Assembly (NCBI GenBank): GCA_024231695.1
Contig: JAAEQF010000099.1
Span: forward strand, 1-33,277
DNA length: 33,277 nucleotides
Source of the DNA: FCB group bacterium
Lineage (GTDB): Bacteria; Zixibacteria; MSB-5A5; GN15; JAAZOE01
Reading direction: 5' to 3'
How positions within the stretch are numbered: the first letter of the stretch is position 1; each line of letters starts with the position of its first letter. Below are positions 30,847 through 33,277 of this stretch, one piece after another. The notes under the pieces were generated by a model. The model was not told where the DNA came from and searched no databases. It saw nothing but the letters and a program-made list of their open reading frames with translations. Position numbers and translations under genes: made by a program.

Positions 30847-31538
30847 TTTTCTTTCCTTCCTTCTCTTCGATAATCGCCCCAGTTGCAACCAATCTTGATA
30901 GCTCCCTCTATTAGCCGTGACCACGCTTGCACCCCGAGTAATTCAGCCGCGTTATCACCGTCCTTGGCATTGAGTGTTACCACGGTAGCGCGGCAGGCAC
31001 GATACCTCTCATCGATAAGCCGGTACAGGAACTTCACGTTGGCATCACTTAGACCGCCTGGCAGTGAAGGATCCGAGATACAAAGAACTCTTGGCACCGA
31101 ATACTCTTTGTGGATTGCAAGGTCCGATCCTCCCTCACGTCGCCATGCGTCCGCTACATCCGCGAAAAGCTGAGGGCCACTGACATAGCCGCATCCGATC
31201 AATCGCCGCGTGAACCGCCGTAGCAAGCCTACCGCGAGGTGATCCTTGCCGGTTCCCGTCGGCCCTAGAAAAATCACATTCCTTGTCGGCTCACCTGCCG
31301 CATATTCCTTGAGTAATTTAATTGCATCTGTTTGCCGTTTGTCCGTACATTCGTAATTTTCAAACTCGCAGTCCTTGTAGCGAAATCCAGCGGCTCGTAT
31401 CCACTTGTCGGAATATTTTTTATTAAACTCCGCCCTTGCTGTATCTTTTTCAGCGTCGATAATCGCAAGCTGCTCTTTTTTGTCTGCAACCTTGAATGTG
31501 CGGCTGGAGAGGATTTCGGCTAAACTCCGTTCTGGCAT
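30843..31538 (-). CDS. DnaC/IstB-like AAA+ helicase-loader protein with deviant Walker motifs
   Basis: The Walker A-like segment is 'NVIFLGPTGTGKDHLAVGLL' and the sensor-like segment is 'ATVVTLNA'. The Walker B region 'VLCISDPS' is atypical. The start was set at the ATG at 31538, which has a GGAAGGAA RBS 11 nt after the initiator stop. The upstream in-frame extension in the track is Arg/Pro-rich and overlaps the initiator gene. Confidence 0.6.
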   Translation of the reverse strand: MPERSLAEILSSRTFKVADKKEQLAIIDAEKDTARAEFNKKYSDKWIRAAGFRYKDCEFENYECTDKRQTDAIKLLKEYAAGEPTRNVIFLGPTGTGKDHLAVGLLRRFTRRLIGCGYVSGPQLFADVADAWRREGGSDLAIHKEYSVPRVLCISDPSLPGGLSDANVKFLYRLIDERYRACRATVVTLNAKDGDNAAELLGVQAWSRLIEGAIKIGCNWGDYRREGRKEK

Positions 31539-31552
31539 CTTGATTCCTTCCG

Positions 31553-32620
31553 TTAAAATGTGATGACGTGATTCGGATCGTAGGTAGTGGCCGGATCGTG
31601 GATGTCTTGTTTGTTGCGGTTCTGGTCTCGCTGGTTTGTCTGGTCCTGCCACGTTTCGGGGTCGTCGTTGTAGTTCTTCGCCTTCAGCCATCGGTGGGCT
31701 GCCTTGATAAATCCATTCTTCACACGATCACATGTGGCGTACACGGCGACGACCTCTGCCGCTTTTTCCTGATCTTCAGCGGGGAGCTTTTGCCACTCGC
31801 GGAACGCGTCGACCTTTCCTTCGTTTTTTGGATAGATTTTCCAGAACCGCTCGAAAGCATCGGTGTATTCGTTCCTGGTTCGATCTTCTGCCGGTTTTTG
31901 CAGTTTCGATGAATTACCGGCGATGGAATAATCAACCGCTGCCCGCATGTCCTCGACGGAAGGAAACCTCCTTAGAATCGCCCGTATGCGTTGCTTAGGC
32001 GATTTCAGCGGATTGTTGGTTCGTTCTAGGTATTCACACCAATCGGTCAACACGGGCGAAACCTGTGCCTTGTCCATTGACGAAGGAAAAACGATTTCTT
32101 CGAGTATCGATTCCCAACATTCCCCCTTGGGGGTTAGGGGGGTATTATTATTCTTTCCTTCTTTTAGTTCTTTCTTTCTTTCCTTCTTTACTTCTTCTTT
32201 AATAAGGGTTGTTCCGTTGATGTTCCGTTGTTGTTCTATTGATGTTCCGTGGTTGTTCCGTGGTTGTTCCGTTGATGTTCCGTCACCATCTCCGCCAGAT
32301 TGGTAAGTCCCCCAATTGCAGATAGTTACGACGGTTCTTTTATTGTTCCCTTTTACCGTTATTGCGCCAAACTTCACGAGCCGGTTCAAAACAGTTTGAA
32401 CTTTTTTTCGACTTTTGAATTCCCATTTTTTTCGTAGTTCTTCTTGTGTTACTATAAGCTGTCCTGGTTCTAATTCGACGCCGTATTCATTCCACTTCTT
32501 CCACTTTGCGAGTGCAAGTAGAGTGGCGAAAGCATATTGAGTATCTTTTCCGCTCCCCCCGATCTTGCTATTGCCAGTAAAAAGGGTTCTGTACATTTTA
32601 AACCATCCGCTATCGTCCAT
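31553..32620 (-). CDS. Replication initiator (lambda O-like organisation): N-terminal winged-helix domain, iteron-encoded linker and C-terminal domain
   Basis: Seven 11-bp iterons and a homopurine/AT-rich tract lie inside the gene, encoding the repetitive 'TEQPRNNHGTSIEQQRNINGTT...KEEVKKERKKELKEGK' linker. It sits upstream of the helicase loader. The C-terminal domain contains 'FERFWKIYPKNEGKVDAFREWQKL'. Confidence 0.65.
   Translation of the reverse strand: MDDSGWFKMYRTLFTGNSKIGGSGKDTQYAFATLLALAKWKKWNEYGVELEPGQLIVTQEELRKKWEFKSRKKVQTVLNRLVKFGAITVKGNNKRTVVTICNWGTYQSGGDGDGTSTEQPRNNHGTSIEQQRNINGTTLIKEEVKKERKKELKEGKNNNTPLTPKGECWESILEEIVFPSSMDKAQVSPVLTDWCEYLERTNNPLKSPKQRIRAILRRFPSVEDMRAAVDYSIAGNSSKLQKPAEDRTRNEYTDAFERFWKIYPKNEGKVDAFREWQKLPAEDQEKAAEVVAVYATCDRVKNGFIKAAHRWLKAKNYNDDPETWQDQTNQRDQNRNKQDIHDPATTYDPNHVITF
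32202..32278. repeat. Seven tandem 11-bp iterons (consensus GTTCCGTKGWT) with exact 11-bp periodicity; candidate replication origin
   Basis: The units start at 32202, 32213, 32224, 32235, 32246, 32257 and 32268 and were read directly. A 60-bp pyrimidine/AT-rich tract (32141-32200) flanks them. Confidence 0.7.
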
Positions 32621-32623
32621 TGT

Positions 32624-32971
32624 TTACGCCTCTTTTTGTTGGTAATCAGACCAGTTGCAGATAGTTACGACCGAATACTTGTTTGTGCTCTCGATCTCAA
32701 TTGCCCCACATTTCACCAGCTTCTTTAATATTGTGCGAGTAGACTGATCTGTCTCGCCAAACAGGCTTCCAATCTTAGCTCCTGATGTAGCTATTTGTCC
32801 GGGGCTGAGTTGCCTTCCCATGTGGTATTCCTTGCCTTCTCCCGCTTTTATTAGTAAACAAATGTACGCACCGAATACCTTGCAACCATAACTGAGGACG
32901 ACAGGGAATCCGTCAGAAGATTTAATAAACAATTCAAAATCGGCAGTGTCAACAGAACATTGAAATCGCAT
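32624..32971 (-). CDS. Stand-alone winged-helix DNA-binding protein paralogous to the initiator N-terminal domain
   Basis: 'LSPGQIATSGAKIGSLFGETDQSTRTILKKLVKCGAIEIESTNKYSVVTICNWSDYQ' aligns with 'LEPGQLIVTQEELRKKWEFKSRKKVQTVLNRLVKFGAITVKGNNKRTVVTICNWGTYQ' in the initiator. The start was set at the ATG at 32971, which has a GGAG RBS; the track start is TTG. Confidence 0.5.
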   Translation of the reverse strand: MRFQCSVDTADFELFIKSSDGFPVVLSYGCKVFGAYICLLIKAGEGKEYHMGRQLSPGQIATSGAKIGSLFGETDQSTRTILKKLVKCGAIEIESTNKYSVVTICNWSDYQQKEA

Positions 32972-32991
32972 AATTAGAAGCTCCAAATAAA

Positions 32992-33084
32992 CGAGCCCCG
33001 TAACTCACTATCCGCTTGAATCGGTAAGCGTGGCGGGCTTGAATAGCTAAGCTAGACTTGCGGACGCCAATAAGCTACGGGGCT
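32992..33084. repeat. Long-range inverted repeat GAGCCCCGTAACT / AGCTACGGGGCTC (13 bp, 1 mismatch) enclosing ~67 nt with internal palindromes
   Basis: Read directly from the sequence. It lies in the non-coding leader upstream of the replication-module genes. Confidence 0.5.
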
Positions 33085-33277
33085 CAGTCCAAATTTGAAT
33101 TGATTGGTAGAGCCGATTCTTTTGATACCCCCATCCTACACACAATTATACGTTTGTCAATACTTTTCTTCAGGATTTTCCTCACTCCTTTTCAGCCAAC
33201 CATTCGGCATGCTCTTTTCTCGTGCGATACCGAACAAACGGCGTTGTCGTCGCACTGGGTTCGCCCCTAATTGTACG

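Noticed and set aside
31539-31691. N-terminal 51-aa extension of the loader ORF (MAEGEELQRRPRNVAG...)
   Set aside because: It is Arg/Pro-rich and overlaps the 3' end of the initiator gene in another frame. A strong RBS-plus-ATG at 31538, just after the initiator stop, gives a clean start.
32202-32278. CRISPR array
   Set aside because: The repeats are 11 bp, contiguous with no spacers, and lie inside a coding region. The iteron origin explains them.
32992-33084. Possible tRNA or tRNA-like gene formed by the 13-bp terminal pairing
   Set aside because: With a 7-bp acceptor stem assumed, a D-arm can be drawn but no anticodon or T-arm pairs. Neither orientation has GTTCRANYC with a 5-bp stem, and the length is 93 nt. 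It is kept only as an inverted repeat.
33058-33270. Plus-strand 70-aa ORF at the right edge
   Set aside because: It has no RBS, lies in the structured non-coding leader, and is oriented against the unidirectional array.

Overview
The window reads as one contiguous block of a tailed phage or prophage genome with lambda/HK97-like siphovirus organisation. Essentially every credible gene is on the minus strand, most with ATGA start/stop overlaps, and the plus-strand ORFs in the supplied track look like antisense artefacts. Reading the minus strand from high to low coordinates, the order is: a structured non-coding leader with a long inverted repeat (~32.99-33.28 kb); a replication module holding a small winged-helix paralog, an O-like initiator with seven 11-bp iterons and a homopurine/AT-rich tract inside its own gene, and a DnaC/IstB-like loader with deviant ATPase motifs; a putative DNA-modification block holding a PAPS-reductase-like PP-loop protein, a beta-class amino-methyltransferase carrying a (GCC)7(GCA)6 trinucleotide tract, a DUF5131/Gp37-Gp68-like protein, RusA, and several Cys-rich and small membrane proteins; a stretch of small hypothetical genes that includes a tandemly triplicated coiled-coil family and a HAD-nucleotidase remnant; then portal, MuF-like head-morphogenesis protein, prohead protease/scaffold, decoration-like protein, lambda-E-like major capsid protein, connector, neck proteins, major tail protein, G/G-T chaperones with an A-AAA-AAC -1 frameshift site, and the N-terminal 1.6 kb of the tape-measure gene. 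Two accessory islands interrupt the structural module. The first (15.8-18.7 kb) lies between MuF and the scaffold gene and encodes an acidic repeat protein, a signal-peptide protein, a papain (C1)-like cysteine peptidase and three small membrane proteins. The second (4.3-11.0 kb) lies between connector and neck genes and encodes a beta-helix fibre, a secreted protein, an SASA-type carbohydrate-esterase/LamG spike, a tandem-LamG fibre and small paralogs. No terminase, integrase, repressor or recognisable endolysin is visible in the window. All calls rest on motif and synteny reading only; no database search was possible.
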